A DNA stretch of 64,000 nt from an uncultured virus (IMG/VR IMGVR_UViG_3300025732_000034) (lineage: Duplodnaviria > Heunggongvirae > Uroviricota > Caudoviricetes): the IMG/VR virus record IMGVR_UViG_3300025732_000034; one strand, 5' to 3'. Below, piece after piece: positions 62,327 through 64,000 of this stretch. Position 1 is the stretch's first letter. Each line of letters begins with the position of its first letter. The notes beneath the pieces were generated by a model. The model was not told where the DNA came from. It did no database searches and saw only the letters and a list, made by a program, of their open reading frames with translations. The position numbers and the translations under genes were made by a program.

Positions 62327-62734
62327 TTACTTCAAGAATGCCGAGTAAGCAGCATCACCAGTCTTCACGAAACGGTAGGTGTATGCGCCGAAACGGGGCA
62401 CGGTCACCGAACCGTAAATCGTGATGCCAGTGCCAGTCGTGACGGGCACGGTGGACGAAGCGCCGCTGTTGTTGTTGTTGCAAATCGTCAGTTCAAAAGC
62501 CGAGCCGACTTTTGCGCTGGGGATGGCTGCATCGAGCAACGCTGCGGTGGGCAGCGTAACGGTCAATGTAGCATCCGATGCTTTTTGGCAAACAACCAAA
62601 CCAACTGCGACTTGAGCAGCAGTCAGGGTGGTGTCTGCTGTCAAAGTTGCGGGAACGGTTTGTACGGTCAGTTGTGCTTCTGTCAGATTGCCGTCACCAA
62701 TTTGGTAACCGCCTGCGCCATTAGGGAGAGCCAT
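62327..62734 (-). CDS. Putative capsid decoration protein
   Basis: Homologue of 24,218-24,625. Confidence 0.65.
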   Translation of the reverse strand: MALPNGAGGYQIGDGNLTEAQLTVQTVPATLTADTTLTAAQVAVGLVVCQKASDATLTVTLPTAALLDAAIPSAKVGSAFELTICNNNNSGASSTVPVTTGTGITIYGSVTVPRFGAYTYRFVKTGDAAYSAFLK

Positions 62735-62788
62735 GATAAATTCCTTTCAAAATTAAATTGACGAAAGGGGCCGAAGCCCCTTGGCCGT

Positions 62789-63991
62789 TTAGCCCCACAG
62801 ACGAACGCCCATCTGGGGACGGATCACGCTGTAACCGTACAGCACGTCAATACGACACGGCATGCGGTCGTTATTGATATCGTACTGGCGGACCACACGC
62901 ATGGAGATGCCGTTGTGGACAGCACGAGCAGCCATGTCAACGCCCTGGGGCAGCAACAGGTCAGCCGTAGCAAACGTGATCGCATCCTTGTGATACACCA
63001 AGTTCTGAGCGTAGTTGCCGCTGGCAGAACCAAGCATTGTCACGGCAGCGGTAGCAACCGGGAATGCGTTGATGGTAGCCAGAGCCTGATCAGCGGTGTA
63101 CATCGCGGGGCTGACAGTCAGCGTGGCGGTGGACGAGCCGGAAGCGGCAGCGGTCACCACGAACTGCTGGAGCGAACCAGTGGACTCGCGGGTCTGCGGG
63201 TTCACTGCGTACACACCGGCCACGGTGAACACGTCGCCCACGTTCCAAGTCTTGCTGGAGCCGGTGAAGCTGATGCCCAGGGTGGTGGAGCCTTGGGTAG
63301 ACACAGTGCTGGTCACGGTGATGCCAGTACCCCAGTCGCCGTTGGTGTGCTGCTTGATCGACTGAGACATATTGATCTCGTCGAAGCCCAACACGCCCAT
63401 GCCCATCATGCCGTTCTTGAACTGCTTGCTGATGGTGTCGGTGGGGTTGAACAGACCTTTCATGCCTTCGACCAAACCAGCGTTAGCGGCGGGGTTGACG
63501 GTGGCATAACGGGGCGACATGACAGCAGCGGCTTCGTTCAGCTTCTGCTGCGCTTGCAACAGAACCAAAGAGGTGCTGGGGGTCGTGCCGGGGGTGCCCA
63601 CGGACTGATAGATGCTCTTGAAGCTGTTTGCCACATCGGCGTCGATGGACGAGGCCAACTGGCTGATACGAGGCTTCAACACACGCTCTGCGAAGTCGTC
63701 CAACTGCATGGTCAATTCGGCAGAGGTGAAGTTCACGCCGATGTGTTTCTGCGAAGAAACGGTCAGGGTCGTGTACTGTTCGTTGTCGTCCTGAACTTGC
63801 AGGGCGGCACCGTCGGTCACCAGAGCGCGGTCCGGCAGGCGGATACGCAGGGTTGAACCAATCTTAGCGCCTTCAACAGCGAAGCTGTCGTCGTACTGAC
63901 GGTTCACGTTGCGGGTGAGCACCAGGTTGTTCTCGAGGATTTCGAGAGCCTTCCGGGTGATCATGTCAATGGTTAAAATACTATTCGCCAT
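62789..63991 (-). CDS. Major capsid protein, P22 coat family
   Basis: Near-identical to 24,680-25,882. Confidence 0.9.
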   Translation of the reverse strand: MANSILTIDMITRKALEILENNLVLTRNVNRQYDDSFAVEGAKIGSTLRIRLPDRALVTDGAALQVQDDNEQYTTLTVSSQKHIGVNFTSAELTMQLDDFAERVLKPRISQLASSIDADVANSFKSIYQSVGTPGTTPSTSLVLLQAQQKLNEAAAVMSPRYATVNPAANAGLVEGMKGLFNPTDTISKQFKNGMMGMGVLGFDEINMSQSIKQHTNGDWGTGITVTSTVSTQGSTTLGISFTGSSKTWNVGDVFTVAGVYAVNPQTRESTGSLQQFVVTAAASGSSTATLTVSPAMYTADQALATINAFPVATAAVTMLGSASGNYAQNLVYHKDAITFATADLLLPQGVDMAARAVHNGISMRVVRQYDINNDRMPCRIDVLYGYSVIRPQMGVRLWG

Positions 63992-64000
63992 GATGCGAGT

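Larger units (their letters stand above)
37406..64000. mobile_element. Second, related phage genome, copy 2 (partial, truncated by window end)
   Basis: Same gene order as copy 1 with near-identical core proteins (primase, polymerase, SNF2, gp10, gp4, coat) but different accessory genes. Confidence 0.9.

Overview
The window is entirely tailed-phage DNA. It holds about 1.7 head-to-tail copies of two closely related but distinct ~37.5-38 kb podovirus-type genomes. Copy 1 spans ~25-37,400 and copy 2 runs from ~37,410 to 64,000, cut off just upstream of the coat gene. Each copy has five parts: (i) a non-coding end region with palindromic operators and a sigma70-type promoter; (ii) a ~2.5 kb early region of small genes; (iii) a variable array of small genes built from shared DNA repeats; (iv) a replication module (Prim-Pol/PriCT-2/DUF3987 primase, RHH regulator, DUF2800-like nuclease, DUF2815-like SSB, family B DNA polymerase, VRR-NUC, SNF2 helicase); (v) a minus-strand late region with P22-like terminase, portal, scaffold, coat, gp4/gp10 tail, ejection proteins, tail fibres/spike and an M15 endolysin. 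I recognised no integrase, tRNA, rRNA or CRISPR array. Comparing the two copies shows several notable features. A gene-cassette array is built from four recurring DNA repeats. The early regions encode homologous proteins but avoid opposite 4-mers up to a sharp conserved boundary. One palindrome, ACCCANTGGGY, lies inside or beside four promoters. Swappable structured elements sit in front of the polymerase. An exactly identical ~1.96 kb block suggests the tandem may be a figure-eight join, either an assembly artefact or a recombinant. All protein family calls come from motif recognition by eye, not from database searches.
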